DNA of 64,000 bases, from the IMG/VR virus record IMGVR_UViG_2737471844_000002, positions 10,565 through 74,564 of that record; one strand, 5' to 3'. A program made the translations under genes and the position numbers. The notes below the pieces were generated by a model that saw nothing but the letters and a program-made list of their open reading frames with translations, made no database searches and had not been told where the DNA came from. Source of the DNA: a virus. Its lineage: Duplodnaviria > Heunggongvirae > Uroviricota > Caudoviricetes. Below, piece after piece: positions 18,623-29,430 of this stretch (position 1 is its first letter; every line of letters starts with the position of its first letter).

Positions 18623-20036
18623 AATTCAGTTTGACACCATTTCGGGCGGTATCCGTAAGCCCGGTGTGCATTTTGAGTTTAATACCCGGCTGGCCGTTAA
18701 CACGCTGCCGGGTAATGAACAGCGTGTTCTGGTGATTGGCCCGATGCTGTCAGGCGGCACCGCCACGCCCCTGAATGCCGTTTCCGTGTATTCCGAAGAC
18801 GAAGCGGATTTGTATTTCGGGGCCGGTTCGCTGGCCGCTGCAATGGCGCGCGCGGCCATTAATGCCAACAGCTATCTGCAACTGGATGTTATCGGTATTG
18901 CAGACAGTGGCGCAGGAAAGGCAGCAACCGGCGCGGTTACCGTCAACGGTACGGCAATCAGCAGCGGAACACTGTCGGTATGGGTTGCCGGTGAGCAGGT
19001 TTCGGTGGATGTGGAAACCGGTGATGGACCGTCGAAAATCATTCCGGCACTGGTGGAAGCAATGACGCATACGCCCTCGCTTCTGGTGACGGGGGAATAC
19101 AAATCGGAAGCCTCTCAGCTGACGGTGACCACCCGGACCAAAGGAGCCTGGGGGAATGACATCACCCTGTCAGCATCCACCACGGCAGGTGGTCTGACCG
19201 TGAGCGCCACGCCGATGGCGAACGGTGAAATGGACCCGGATATTCAGCCCGCACTGGATGCGGTCTTTGCCGCCGGTCACAACATTCTGATTTGTCCGTT
19301 CAGTACCACGCCAGCCCTTGCCGCCCTGAAGCAGCATCTGGAGAAAACCGGGAACGCGATGGAACAGCGCGGCGCGATTGGCTGTGTGGGCTGGACGGGC
19401 AGTCTCGGAAACGGGATCACCCTGGCAGCAGGTGTGAACAGCGGGCGCGTGTCCGTCCCCTGGTATCGCGGCTCCGTGAAGCTGCCAGCGGTGCTGGCCG
19501 CCATCTACGGCGCTGTGATGGCGGGCGAGGAAGACCCGGCGCGTCCGCTGAACTCGCTGGCACTGTCCGGACTGGATGTGGTCGCCATGTCACAGCGTGA
19601 AAGCCGTAACGAGCAGGAAAACGCCCTGCATAACGGCCTGACGCCGGTTGAGGTTGGCCCGGGTAACACGGTGCAGATTGTGCGTGCGGTCAGTACATAC
19701 ACGGTTAACGCACAGGGCGTGACTGACGTCTCGTTACTGGATATCACGTCCATCAGAACGCTGGACTACACCCGCAAGGCGTGTCGCGAGCGCATCAGCC
19801 TTCGCTTCCCGCGCGAAAAACTCAGCACCCGCACTATCGCCAAAGTGGAAAGCGAACTGTATGACGTGCTGATCAAGCTGGAGGAAGCGGAGATTCTGGA
19901 GAACGTGGAAGCGAACAAGGCAAAGCTGCGCGTTCAGCGAAACGGGAAAGATGCAAACCGTCTCGACTGCGTGGTTCCGGCGGATGTGGTTAACGGCCTG
20001 CATGTGTTTGCCGGCCGCATCGACATGATTTTGTAA
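18615..20036 (+). CDS. tail sheath protein (Mu L-like)
   Basis: 473-aa ORF; contractile-tail sheath sequence character. Confidence 0.8.
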   Translation: MSEIQFDTISGGIRKPGVHFEFNTRLAVNTLPGNEQRVLVIGPMLSGGTATPLNAVSVYSEDEADLYFGAGSLAAAMARAAINANSYLQLDVIGIADSGAGKAATGAVTVNGTAISSGTLSVWVAGEQVSVDVETGDGPSKIIPALVEAMTHTPSLLVTGEYKSEASQLTVTTRTKGAWGNDITLSASTTAGGLTVSATPMANGEMDPDIQPALDAVFAAGHNILICPFSTTPALAALKQHLEKTGNAMEQRGAIGCVGWTGSLGNGITLAAGVNSGRVSVPWYRGSVKLPAVLAAIYGAVMAGEEDPARPLNSLALSGLDVVAMSQRESRNEQENALHNGLTPVEVGPGNTVQIVRAVSTYTVNAQGVTDVSLLDITSIRTLDYTRKACRERISLRFPREKLSTRTIAKVESELYDVLIKLEEAEILENVEANKAKLRVQRNGKDANRLDCVVPADVVNGLHVFAGRIDMIL

Positions 20037-20048
20037 GGAGCGCGGTAA

Positions 20049-20423
20049 ATGTCCATTAAAGAATATGTCGGCTCGATTGTGCTGGAGGTGGACAGCCAGG
20101 AAATCGAGATCACCGACTTTGATGTTCAGATCAACACCGGGCGAAAGCTGGTCAAGACCATGAACAAAACCGGCAGGGCCAAAGGCTTTGCCCGTGGCAT
20201 TGCCACTTACGATATTTCTGTTTCGGCGGTTATCCCTGATACCAACGAGCCGGACTGGGAAAATCTGGAAGGTGTGAAAATCTCAATTTATCCGCTCAGT
20301 AACAGCGGTAAGCGCACCTCCTATCTGGACTGCTTTACTGTTGAAGTGGGTGAGAAATACACCGTCGACAGTGAAGCGAAAATTGATATCAAAATGGCTG
20401 CACTCAGGAAGGTGACGGGATGA
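20049..20423 (+). CDS. tail tube protein (Mu M-like)
   Basis: 124-aa ORF after the sheath gene. Confidence 0.7.
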   Translation: MSIKEYVGSIVLEVDSQEIEITDFDVQINTGRKLVKTMNKTGRAKGFARGIATYDISVSAVIPDTNEPDWENLEGVKISIYPLSNSGKRTSYLDCFTVEVGEKYTVDSEAKIDIKMAALRKVTG

Positions 20424-20803
20424 CTTTGATTAATACACAGACCGGCGAGCTGTCTGATGGCGTGGTGTTTAACGGCACCGTTCATAAAAACTTTGAGCTG
20501 CGTCTGCCGGTCATGCGTGATAACGGGCAGGCACTGGAAGAAACTGAAGAACGCTTTCAGACGGTGGATGGCTTCGCGGCGGATTATTACTACCGCTGTG
20601 CGGTGATGGCGGCAACGCTGGTCCGTCTGGGGGATATTCCGCAGGAAGAACTGACGGCGGAGCTGTTACACGACAACATGACGCCGGACGATTTTAATAT
20701 TCTGCTGGCATCACGCAACGTCCTGAAGGTAAAGCGGAACGGCGGGAATCCCGGCTCGCCGGACTCCGGCTCGCAGTCCTCATCCTCGGGCGCTACGGAA
20801 TAA
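20420..20803 (+). CDS. tail assembly chaperone (Mu gp41-like)
   Basis: 127-aa ORF between tube and tape measure; acidic, Ser-rich C-terminus. Confidence 0.5.
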   Translation: MTLINTQTGELSDGVVFNGTVHKNFELRLPVMRDNGQALEETEERFQTVDGFAADYYYRCAVMAATLVRLGDIPQEELTAELLHDNMTPDDFNILLASRNVLKVKRNGGNPGSPDSGSQSSSSGATE

Positions 20804-20817
20804 CCGAAGAGCAAATC

Positions 20818-20976
20818 ATGACCATGAGCCGTCCCGAGTTGGACGGCTGGCTTGCCGCCGTTGACAGGCTGAACGGCGGCGGCTCAGGAAGGAAGGACAC
20901 CTCACAGACCACCCGCCAGTCATTTAAATCCCTCAGAAAGAAACGCAGAAAAGGTAAGCAGAAAAATGGCCGGTAA
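20818..20976 (+). CDS. small basic ORF before tape measure (possible chaperone frameshift extension)
   Basis: 52-aa ORF; its frame is open back to 20698, overlapping the 3-prime end of the chaperone gene in the -1 frame; no canonical slippery heptamer found. Confidence 0.25.
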   Translation: MTMSRPELDGWLAAVDRLNGGGSGRKDTSQTTRQSFKSLRKKRRKGKQKNGR

Positions 20977-23248
20977 TTTCAAAGTTGGCATGACCCTGAC
21001 TGCGAAGGACGAAGCCTCGCAGGTTCTGGAAAAGGGACAAAAACAGGTTATCAAAGCCACCGAAGGTGTAACAAAGGCAACCCGGAAGGCAGGCGCAGAG
21101 CAGAAGCGTACCGAGCAGGAAAGCATTAACAGCACGAAAAAGGCCGCAAAAGAGATACAGCGTGCCGCCCGTGCCCGGGAAACGCTCGGTATTCGTGCAG
21201 AGCGTGAGATCCGGCGTGAAATTTATCTGACGGTTGCCAGTTATAACCGTCTGGCCCGCGCCGGTTTTGAATCTGCGCAGGAGCAGGAGCGCGCCATGCA
21301 GGCCACCCGGGAAAAAGCCCGGGCACTCAAGCGCGAACTGGATGGCGTTACTCAGGCTCAGATGAAGATGGCGAAAACGCCTGTTATCCCTGAACAGGGA
21401 CGTTTTGCCCGTGCGGCTGCATTTGGCGGGAATGCCGTGACAATAGGCGGAGGTATCGCGGCAGGTGCTGCCATTATGGCGCAGCCAGTCAAAAAGCAGA
21501 TGAGCTACGAACGCCAGCTGGCAATGATGGCCAATACCGCCTTCAGTGATGGCGGTCTGGAGGGGCGCAGGGCTGGTCTTGAGCAGATGAAAAGCAGCAT
21601 CCGTAACGCAGTGACCTATGGTGGCGGCACGAAAGAGGATGCGGCCGAAACGCTGGATGCCCTGCTGAAAGATGGCGGTATTTCATTTGAAACAGCCAGT
21701 AAGTGGCTGCCTGAACTGATGAAATACGCCACGGCTTCTGGTGCATCAGCGACAGACCTGGCTAATGTGATGCTTAAGGGCAAAAAGACGTTTGGATTCA
21801 GGGATGAAGATATTTCCACCGTTCTGAATATGGCAATTGCAGCGGGCAAAGAAGGCAGCTTTGAGCTGAGCGACATGGCCCGATGGTTATCTTCGCAGCT
21901 GGGGTCAGCGTCAGCTGCGGGGATGAGAGGCAAGGATGATTTTGTCAAGATTCTGGCACTGAATGAAGCTGCCGCCATCACGGCGGGAAGCAGTGATGAG
22001 GCCGGAAATAACGTGTTTAACCTGCTGGCTAAACTGACCAGCCACGATATTGAAACAGCGGCAAAGAGCATTGATTACAACGGTAAAGGAATTGATTTTT
22101 CCGGCACGCTGGTTCAGGCGCGTGAACATGGACTTGATCCGATAGATGCGCTGTCCAGCCTGATAGACAAAATCGTTGCCAGCGATAAACGCTTTCAGGA
22201 GTTGCAAAAGAAACTGGCCTCCGCCCGGGATAAGGGCGAGCAGACAGCTGTTTATGATTCGATGGCAAAACTCCTTGAAGGCTTTGGTGTCGGGAAACTG
22301 GTTGCAGACCAACAGGCGTTAAAAGCGTTGCTGGCTTACCGTAACAACCCGGAATACCGGAAAAAGGTTGAAGACGCGATTAATCAGCAGCGCACCCTGC
22401 CGGAAGGCCAGCGCGCGGGTGATGTGGATTTTAACTTCATATCCGGCCTCAATGACTTTAAAACCGAACAAGCTAAAAACACGTTTGAATTTTCACAAAT
22501 GGACAGCGTGAAAAAGCTGGCTGATGCGTCCGGTACTGTGGCCGATGCCATAAGCTGGGCGGGTGAAAAATTTCCGGGGCTGACCACAGCAGTGGTGGGT
22601 GCCACGACCGCCATTGAAGCGATGACCGCAGCGGCTCTGACATGGGCCGGGATCAAAATCCTGACCGGGGGTAAACCTGGTGGCAAGGCTGGCGAGGTTG
22701 TCGGTGATGTCATTGAAAACACGGTCAAAAAAGGCAAAGGATTTAAAATCCCCGGCATTGCCGGTAGCCTGCTTTCTTTCGGTGGCACCGTTACGGCACT
22801 GGCCACCGCAACCAGCCCGGAAGAAGACGCCGCCGTCGAAGGAAGCGAGGAGCGCTGGAAAAATATACGGGCTAAATATCCTCAGTGGCTGATTGATGCT
22901 GCCCGTGAAAAATATCAGCCGTGGTGGCAGTTTGGCGAAGGTTACTCAACAGAAAACGAGAAATGGATCCAGCAGTATCTTGACGAACTGAAAAAAACCG
23001 GGGTTATCGCCGGTGATTCTCTGCCGACACCAGAACAAGTCCGACAGCAAGCCGGAATGGCAGCGTCTGAAACGGCATCAAAGCAACCCAGACGCATCAC
23101 CCAGCCGGAATACCTCACGCACTGGGGACCACCTGCCAGCCCCATTAATTTCACCACACAACTGGTGCTCGATGGTCAGGTCATAGCGGAGGCAGTGAAC
23201 AAATACAACCTTCAGGACGGCAACAGAGGCACGGGAGGAACTTACTGA
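20966..23248 (+). CDS. tail tape measure protein
   Basis: 760-aa Ala/Gly-rich ORF in tape-measure position. Confidence 0.75.
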   Translation: MAGNFKVGMTLTAKDEASQVLEKGQKQVIKATEGVTKATRKAGAEQKRTEQESINSTKKAAKEIQRAARARETLGIRAEREIRREIYLTVASYNRLARAGFESAQEQERAMQATREKARALKRELDGVTQAQMKMAKTPVIPEQGRFARAAAFGGNAVTIGGGIAAGAAIMAQPVKKQMSYERQLAMMANTAFSDGGLEGRRAGLEQMKSSIRNAVTYGGGTKEDAAETLDALLKDGGISFETASKWLPELMKYATASGASATDLANVMLKGKKTFGFRDEDISTVLNMAIAAGKEGSFELSDMARWLSSQLGSASAAGMRGKDDFVKILALNEAAAITAGSSDEAGNNVFNLLAKLTSHDIETAAKSIDYNGKGIDFSGTLVQAREHGLDPIDALSSLIDKIVASDKRFQELQKKLASARDKGEQTAVYDSMAKLLEGFGVGKLVADQQALKALLAYRNNPEYRKKVEDAINQQRTLPEGQRAGDVDFNFISGLNDFKTEQAKNTFEFSQMDSVKKLADASGTVADAISWAGEKFPGLTTAVVGATTAIEAMTAAALTWAGIKILTGGKPGGKAGEVVGDVIENTVKKGKGFKIPGIAGSLLSFGGTVTALATATSPEEDAAVEGSEERWKNIRAKYPQWLIDAAREKYQPWWQFGEGYSTENEKWIQQYLDELKKTGVIAGDSLPTPEQVRQQAGMAASETASKQPRRITQPEYLTHWGPPASPINFTTQLVLDGQVIAEAVNKYNLQDGNRGTGGTY

Positions 23249-24597
23249 TGGGCTGGGCTGAAAACCTGCAAAACGCCTCCTTTCGTGGCGTGCAGTTTGA
23301 TGTGCTGAACACGGATGAACAAATCAGCCGCGACCATGCGGTCTATGAATACCCGTTTGTTGACGGGGCGGATTTGCACGACCTCGGACGCAAGGCGCGA
23401 CCGTTCCGCATGACGGCGTTCCTGTGGGGAGAGTATTACGAATATAAACTTGAAAAGCTGATCGCCGCCCTGGACGAAGGCGGTGCTGGTGAGCTGATTC
23501 ACCCGGTTTATGGCTCCGTACCATCGGTGATTGTGACCGGCTACAGTATTCGCCATGACGCAGAAAGCCCGGACAGCTGCACCATCGACATGAGTTTTCT
23601 GGAGAACCGCACCGGCAGCGCGTTGTTCAGCACCCCGTTACCGGAGCTGTTTGCACAGCAGTTATTTGAAGAACTGGATAAGTTACTGGCACAGTTAAGC
23701 GAATTATTTGACGCTGTTACGGCCCCATTAAAGACCATTAACAGCGTGATTAAAAAAATCCAGACGGTACGCGCCACGCTGGTGAATACCCTGCTGACGT
23801 TCAAAAGCGATTTTCTCTCATCCATCGACAATATGATGTCGCTGGCCAGCGAACCAGGAAAGTTCATCGGCGGGCTGGCAGAGGTGCTGGAAATCCACAC
23901 GTCAGATGTCGGGCACGCGGTGCCGGTGCTGGAGCGTACTGATTCCGCCACCACGACCGGACTGACCGGGGAAGACAGCGTCGCCAGTTCTGCGACAGTG
24001 ATGACCTGCTGGAATGAGGTGATGGCAGATATGGATGAGCTGGTCGCGCTGCCGGTCGCACTGGTCAGCGGTGATAAAACGCCGTCTGTGGCACTTCCGC
24101 CGGATGCGTCCGTGGAAGACGTGCAGGACGTGAAAGCGGCTTATGCGGTTTTGGCAGCCTCAGAGCTGGCCAGCGTGGCGACGGCGATACTGTCAGATGA
24201 GGCCCAGTCAGAGCCGCTTATACCGGCGGATATCGGGCGACTGGTCGGGGATGTGCGCACCCGCTTACAAGCAGCCATCACGCTGTTCCGTGAACGCTAT
24301 GAAGGCGAACGCGAACGGATAACCGAAACCGCATCACCGCTGGGGCTGATGTACCCGGAAATCATTCAGAGCATGAAGAACGTGGCGGCATCCGTGCAGG
24401 ATGTCGGCCTGCTGGTTCTGTCTCGCCGCCCACCACTGACGCAGAAACAGGTGCAGGCGGACAGTTGCCTGCTGTTGCTGGCGTGGCAGTGGTACGGTGA
24501 TTACAGCCGTGCGGCAGAGCTGCAACGTCTGAACCCGCAGCTGCGTGACCCGAACAACATAACTGCCGGGATGGTGATTAATGCCTATGCAAAATAA
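23248..24597 (+). CDS. DNA circularization protein (Mu N-like)
   Basis: 449-aa ORF; resembles Mu gpN. Confidence 0.7.
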   Translation: MGWAENLQNASFRGVQFDVLNTDEQISRDHAVYEYPFVDGADLHDLGRKARPFRMTAFLWGEYYEYKLEKLIAALDEGGAGELIHPVYGSVPSVIVTGYSIRHDAESPDSCTIDMSFLENRTGSALFSTPLPELFAQQLFEELDKLLAQLSELFDAVTAPLKTINSVIKKIQTVRATLVNTLLTFKSDFLSSIDNMMSLASEPGKFIGGLAEVLEIHTSDVGHAVPVLERTDSATTTGLTGEDSVASSATVMTCWNEVMADMDELVALPVALVSGDKTPSVALPPDASVEDVQDVKAAYAVLAASELASVATAILSDEAQSEPLIPADIGRLVGDVRTRLQAAITLFRERYEGERERITETASPLGLMYPEIIQSMKNVAASVQDVGLLVLSRRPPLTQKQVQADSCLLLLAWQWYGDYSRAAELQRLNPQLRDPNNITAGMVINAYAK

Positions 24598-25792
24598 CGA
24601 TGACAAAATCAGCCTGGTCATTGCCGGAAGGTCGCATTCTGACTGGAGCAGTTATCGTATTGACAGCGATTTCCTGAAAGCCGCCGACGGCTGGCAGCTT
24701 CAGCTGGGACTGCCTGAAAAGGTGTTCCCGGCGGATATCGTCCGGGGTGCGCCGGTCCGTTTGCAGGTGGGAGACGAGACGGTCCTCAGTGGTCGCGTGG
24801 ACAGCGTGCGCCGCAGTGTATCCCGTCAGAGCTGCACGCTGACCCTGTCCGGGCGTGATGATGCCGCCATCCTGGTGGACTGTGCCGCACCGGTGTTCAG
24901 CGCCAATCAGCTGACGCTGGACGAGGTCATCGACAGGATTGTCAGACCGCTGGGGATACAGCGCATCCGTATTCAGGCGTCCGGTGTGTCACGTAATGAC
25001 AAGGTCGTTATAGAGCCGGGGATGCGTGCGTGGGATGCACTGGCTAAAGCTGCCGCCGGTCGCGGCTTATGGCCGTGGTTTGAGCCTGACGGTACGCTGG
25101 TTGTGGGTGGCCCTGACTACACCACCACGCCGGTGGATACACTGATTATGAAGCTGGACGGCACCGGGAACAACTTGATGGAGCTGGACGATACCCGGTC
25201 CATTAACGGCTGTTTCTCCGAGCTGACGGTGCTGGCCCAGAGCCACGCCCGCCGCGCAGACAGCAAGAAACAGGTGGCCGTGGTGCCGCTGGATATCTGG
25301 AACGAGGACGGCAGCGTGCGCACATTATCCGGGCAGGACAGCGGTAATACAGGCAGTGGTCAGACAGGCATTCATAACATGAAAGCCGTGGCCACCGACC
25401 CCACCGTGGATTATTACCGCCCGCAGATAATCACCCAGGGCGACACCAGTAACATGGAGCAGGTGAACTGGCGCGCAAAAAAAATGATGAGTGATGCCCG
25501 CCTGTCGGGGCTGGATATCGTCGCACTGGTTGCAGGCCATCGCACGGCGGATGGTGTCCTGTGGCAGCCCGGCCAGCGTGTGCGGATTGTCAGCGAACCC
25601 CACGGCATCGATGCCATTTTTTTTCTGATGGGCCGCGAGTTCAGCGGAGGCCGGAGCGGGCAGACAACCCGGCTCCGCTTTAAGGAGGATGGCGTGTGGA
25701 TACCTGATGCCTTCCCGCGCGAGAAGAAACGCCATCACCGCAGGGGCAAAAAGAAAAAAGAGGTCGCCATTGTTAAGGTCTGGGAGAAATGA
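24581..25792 (+). CDS. tail protein (Mu P-like)
   Basis: 403-aa ORF overlapping the N stop. Confidence 0.7.
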   Translation: MPMQNNDDKISLVIAGRSHSDWSSYRIDSDFLKAADGWQLQLGLPEKVFPADIVRGAPVRLQVGDETVLSGRVDSVRRSVSRQSCTLTLSGRDDAAILVDCAAPVFSANQLTLDEVIDRIVRPLGIQRIRIQASGVSRNDKVVIEPGMRAWDALAKAAAGRGLWPWFEPDGTLVVGGPDYTTTPVDTLIMKLDGTGNNLMELDDTRSINGCFSELTVLAQSHARRADSKKQVAVVPLDIWNEDGSVRTLSGQDSGNTGSGQTGIHNMKAVATDPTVDYYRPQIITQGDTSNMEQVNWRAKKMMSDARLSGLDIVALVAGHRTADGVLWQPGQRVRIVSEPHGIDAIFFLMGREFSGGRSGQTTRLRFKEDGVWIPDAFPREKKRHHRRGKKKKEVAIVKVWEK

Positions 25793-26442
25793 TGTGGGAC
25801 AAGGTTAATCAGCGCATACAGCAGGCACTGGCCGCCGTTCGCCAGGCATTCAGGGTGGTGACCGGTACGGTGGACAGTTCGACCAAAGTACAGCTACTTC
25901 AGCTGAACGGGCTGGCAGGCGAACAGCTGGACGGTGCGGAGTATTTTCAGCATTACGGCCTCACCACATCCCCGCCGCCCGGCTCGATGGGTATTGCCGT
26001 TCCGCTGAATGGTAATACCTCCCATACCGTCGTCGTGGCCACAGAGCACGGCGCATATCGCCTGACGGAACTGAAACCCGGCGAGGTGGCGCTGTATACC
26101 GACGAAGGCGCGAAAATCGTACTGAAGCGCGGGCGGGTTATTGAGCATGAATGTGATGTTTATCGCGTGAAATGCAAACGCTATGAGGTTGAGGCAGAGG
26201 AGAACGCCGCATTCACGACACCGTTACTGACAGTCAGCGATAAGCTGACTGTGGAAGGTAAAATCACCGGCAACGGTGGCATGGCCATCCGTGGAGGCAA
26301 GAAATACGCTGCCACCTTTGAAGGCAATATCAACCATGTGGGCGGTGTGATTACCTCCGTTGACGTCACCATTAATGGCGTTAAAATCGGAACACACAAA
26401 CACGATACCCCTCACGGCATATCCGGCCTGCCGCATAATTAA
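25789..26442 (+). CDS. baseplate hub/spike protein (Mu gp45-like, gpV family)
   Basis: 217-aa ORF with ATGA coupling to upstream gene. Confidence 0.6.
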   Translation: MMWDKVNQRIQQALAAVRQAFRVVTGTVDSSTKVQLLQLNGLAGEQLDGAEYFQHYGLTTSPPPGSMGIAVPLNGNTSHTVVVATEHGAYRLTELKPGEVALYTDEGAKIVLKRGRVIEHECDVYRVKCKRYEVEAEENAAFTTPLLTVSDKLTVEGKITGNGGMAIRGGKKYAATFEGNINHVGGVITSVDVTINGVKIGTHKHDTPHGISGLPHN

Positions 26443-26466
26443 GTGCTGAACACCCTCACCTGATTC
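26443..26466 (+). promoter_or_regulatory. conserved late-operon element, copy 3 (upstream of baseplate genes)
   Basis: gtgctgaacaccctcacctgattc starting immediately after the gp45-like stop. Confidence 0.4.
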
Positions 26467-26495
26467 TGACCTGTCCATGCTGCCAGACTGGCGGC

Positions 26496-26846
26496 ATGGA
26501 CCAGACGATTTCACCTGCAACCGGCGACTACGAACGCCGCCGGATTTACACACTCCATAACGCGGTTTATCTGCGACTGGCGACACCGCTTGGCAGTTAC
26601 TGGGCGGATGCGTCGCTGGGGTCACGCCTGCACGAGCTGAAGCGGGAAAAAGACGTTCCCCGTGTTCACAGACTGGCGGCGCAGTATGCCAGCCAGGCAC
26701 TTCAGCCACTGCTCGATGACGGGCGGGCAAAATCCATTACCGTTGACACGAAAGCGGGCCAGCGCGGCTGGCTGTTGCTGTTAATCACCGTCACGGATAA
26801 CGCGGGCACACCGCAGACGTTTGAACACCCTGTGAGGATTATGTAA
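26496..26846 (+). CDS. baseplate protein (Mu gp46-like, gpW/gp25 family)
   Basis: 116-aa ORF. Confidence 0.55.
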   Translation: MDQTISPATGDYERRRIYTLHNAVYLRLATPLGSYWADASLGSRLHELKREKDVPRVHRLAAQYASQALQPLLDDGRAKSITVDTKAGQRGWLLLLITVTDNAGTPQTFEHPVRIM

Positions 26847-27925
26847 TGCCGTTTCCTGTTCCGGGCGTTGCTGAAAACACAGAACGCCAGCTACGTGATA
26901 TCGCTAACGCCCTGCCGGGAGAAACCATAGACACCGGCGCTGACAGCGATTACCGCATTCGTGCAAATGCTGTATCCGGCGTGGCGGAGGGGCTTTTTAT
27001 GCATCAGGGATGGATCCTCCGTCAGGTGTTTCCTGACACGGCAGACCCTGAATATCTGGAGCTGCACTGTCGCACGCGCAATGTTTTTCGTAAAAAAGCA
27101 ACGGCCTCATCCGGTCCGGTGGTGATTACCGGCACACCCGGTAAGACGCTGCCAGCCGGTGCGGAAATTCGTGGTGAAGGTGTCAGCGTGGCCACCACAG
27201 CAGACTGCACCATCGGTGATGAAGGCAGCGCAGAGGTGACGGTAAAAAGCACCGCTACGGGGGCACAGACGAACGCATCCGCGACGCAGACGGCAACGCT
27301 GGTCAGTCCGCCGGAAGGCATCAACAGCACGGTGACGATTAAATCCCTGACCGGCGGAACGGACAGGGAAAGCGACGCTGACCTGCTGGCGCGTTATCTG
27401 GATATTCTGCGCAGGCCGCCCGCTGGCGGTAATAAATATGATTACAAACGCTGGGCGCTGGAGGTGGATGGCGTTACGTCTGCATATGTGGAGCCATTGC
27501 GCAGAGGGAAAGGTACTGTTGATGTGGCCATTACGTCAGCCAATGACATCCCCTCGCAGGAACTGATTAATGCCGTGCTGGCACATATTGAGGAAGTCCG
27601 CCCGGTGACAGCGAAGGACACGATGGTACTGGCTCCGACGAAAAAAGCCGTTGATTTCGTTGTCCGGGTAAAAACCAGCGGCCTGACCGTTGAGCAGATA
27701 AAACCGCAGATAACTGGCGTTATCACGGATTTCATGAACCGACTGGCGCCGGGGCAGGAATTAATTATTTCACAACTGGAAACCCAGATTTCACTCATTT
27801 CCGGTGTGAGTGACAGAAAAATAATCACGCCTGACGGGAATGTAAAAGCCGTGATTAATGCGTCAACGTGGGAATGGTTGCGTCCGGGGGATATTGATAT
27901 TCAGCCATTTCCCCGGGAGGGTTAA
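26846..27925 (+). CDS. baseplate protein (Mu gp47-like, gpJ family)
   Basis: 359-aa ORF. Confidence 0.7.
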   Translation: MPFPVPGVAENTERQLRDIANALPGETIDTGADSDYRIRANAVSGVAEGLFMHQGWILRQVFPDTADPEYLELHCRTRNVFRKKATASSGPVVITGTPGKTLPAGAEIRGEGVSVATTADCTIGDEGSAEVTVKSTATGAQTNASATQTATLVSPPEGINSTVTIKSLTGGTDRESDADLLARYLDILRRPPAGGNKYDYKRWALEVDGVTSAYVEPLRRGKGTVDVAITSANDIPSQELINAVLAHIEEVRPVTAKDTMVLAPTKKAVDFVVRVKTSGLTVEQIKPQITGVITDFMNRLAPGQELIISQLETQISLISGVSDRKIITPDGNVKAVINASTWEWLRPGDIDIQPFPREG

Positions 27926-27928
27926 TTC

Positions 27929-28501
27929 GTGAATACAGTCGATTTATTCCGCGCCATGCTGCCGCCGGTCAGTTATGACCTGAACGGGAAATATATTTCC
28001 GCGGAGCTGACAGCCGAGGCTAACGTCATGGAGGCCGTGAAGGCCTCAGCGGCGCGCGTTCTGGCACAAATCACCCCGTTGCAGGCATCGATGACGCTGT
28101 CCGACTGGGAGCGCGTGTACGGTGTTGTCCCCCGTGAAGGGGCAACCCAACAGGAGCGGCGGCAGAACATCCTGGTAAAAATGGCGGCAACGGGCGGGCT
28201 GTCCATTCCCTATTTTAAAAATCTGGCCGCAAGCCTGGGATACACCATAACGATAACCGAACCACGAGCCTTTCGCACCGGGGTAAATCGTTGCGGTGAC
28301 CGTCTGTTTATCCCTGAAATGCGCTGGGTATGGCAGGTCAATGTTATTGGTGCAAAAACGCCGGTATACCGTTTCAGAACGGGCGCATCTGCAACAGGTG
28401 AGCCGCTGACGGCCTTTGGTGAATCCATTTTAGAAAATACCTTTAAAGACCTTAAACCGGCTTTTACAGACTGTTATTTCACGTATGAGGATAAGCAGTA
28501 A
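27929..28501 (+). CDS. tail protein (Mu gp48-like, gpI family)
   Basis: 190-aa ORF, GTG start. Confidence 0.55.
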   Translation: MNTVDLFRAMLPPVSYDLNGKYISAELTAEANVMEAVKASAARVLAQITPLQASMTLSDWERVYGVVPREGATQQERRQNILVKMAATGGLSIPYFKNLAASLGYTITITEPRAFRTGVNRCGDRLFIPEMRWVWQVNVIGAKTPVYRFRTGASATGEPLTAFGESILENTFKDLKPAFTDCYFTYEDKQ

Positions 28502-29430
28502 TGCAGAATTTAATTCCTCCGGTGAATACGCCGGATCAATTGTTTCACGATGGTGACCCCACTCAGGGCATTGAGGGCACTATTGTTTATGCTGAACACA
28601 TGAATAATCAGCAGGGAGCCATTCGTGACCTGCAACAGGAAATTATTAATGTGCTCCGTGCGGCTGATATATCACCGGACCCGAAGAAACAAAATCAACT
28701 GCTTGATGCTATATCGCAATATGTCGGGAAAAAAGTTCCTGACGCATCATTAACGAAGAAGGGCATCGTTCAGCTCAGTAGCGCAACAGACAGTGATTCA
28801 GAAACGGAAGCAGCCACACCAAAGGCAGTAAAATCACTGGCGGAAAAAATAACAGAATTGCAGGGAGTGGCTTTACCGGTAGGTACCCCAATACCGTGGC
28901 CGTCTGATTCAGTGCCACCCGGCTATGCCTTAATGCAGGGGCAGAGCTTTGATAAAGGCTCTTACCCTAAACTTGCAGCTGCCTACCCATCCGGGATTAT
29001 CCCGGATATGCGGGGCTGGACAATTAAGGGTAAGCCTGCCAGTGGTCGTGCTGTATTGTCTCAGGAGCAGGACGGCATTAAATCACACGCCCACAGTGCC
29101 AGTGCATCCAGTACGGATTTGGGGACGAAAACCACATCGTCGTTTGACTACGGAACTAAATCAACAAATAACACAGGTGGTCATAATCACGGTGTTGGTG
29201 AAAATGTTTCTGTCAGTGCCGGCAGTGGCAAAACAGTAAATATGAGTACCGGCACCGTAAATCTTTACACCAAATCTGCTGGCGCTCATGCGCACACTGT
29301 CGGCATTGGTGCTCATGTGCACACTGTTGCTATTGGTTCACACGGACACACCGTCACTGTTAACGCTACTGGTAACGCAGAAAACACCGTCAAAAACATC
29401 GCATTTAACTATATTGTGAGGCTTGCATAA
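28501..29430 (+). CDS. tail fibre protein
   Basis: 309-aa ORF; C-terminal half is near-identical to the C-terminus of the P2-like H protein at 51456-53588, including His-x-His repeats and the [18 protein letters not shown] end. Confidence 0.7.
   Translation: MQNLIPPVNTPDQLFHDGDPTQGIEGTIVYAEHMNNQQGAIRDLQQEIINVLRAADISPDPKKQNQLLDAISQYVGKKVPDASLTKKGIVQLSSATDSDSETEAATPKAVKSLAEKITELQGVALPVGTPIPWPSDSVPPGYALMQGQSFDKGSYPKLAAAYPSGIIPDMRGWTIKGKPASGRAVLSQEQDGIKSHAHSASASSTDLGTKTTSSFDYGTKSTNNTGGHNHGVGENVSVSAGSGKTVNMSTGTVNLYTKSAGAHAHTVGIGAHVHTVAIGSHGHTVTVNATGNAENTVKNIAFNYIVRLA

Noticed and set aside
20698-20803. Looked for a canonical X_XXY_YYZ slippery heptamer that would fuse the Mu-like tail chaperone to the downstream small ORF
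   Set aside because: The -1 frame is open across this stretch, but no canonical heptamer is present, so a programmed frameshift is not asserted. The small ORF is kept only as a low-confidence feature.
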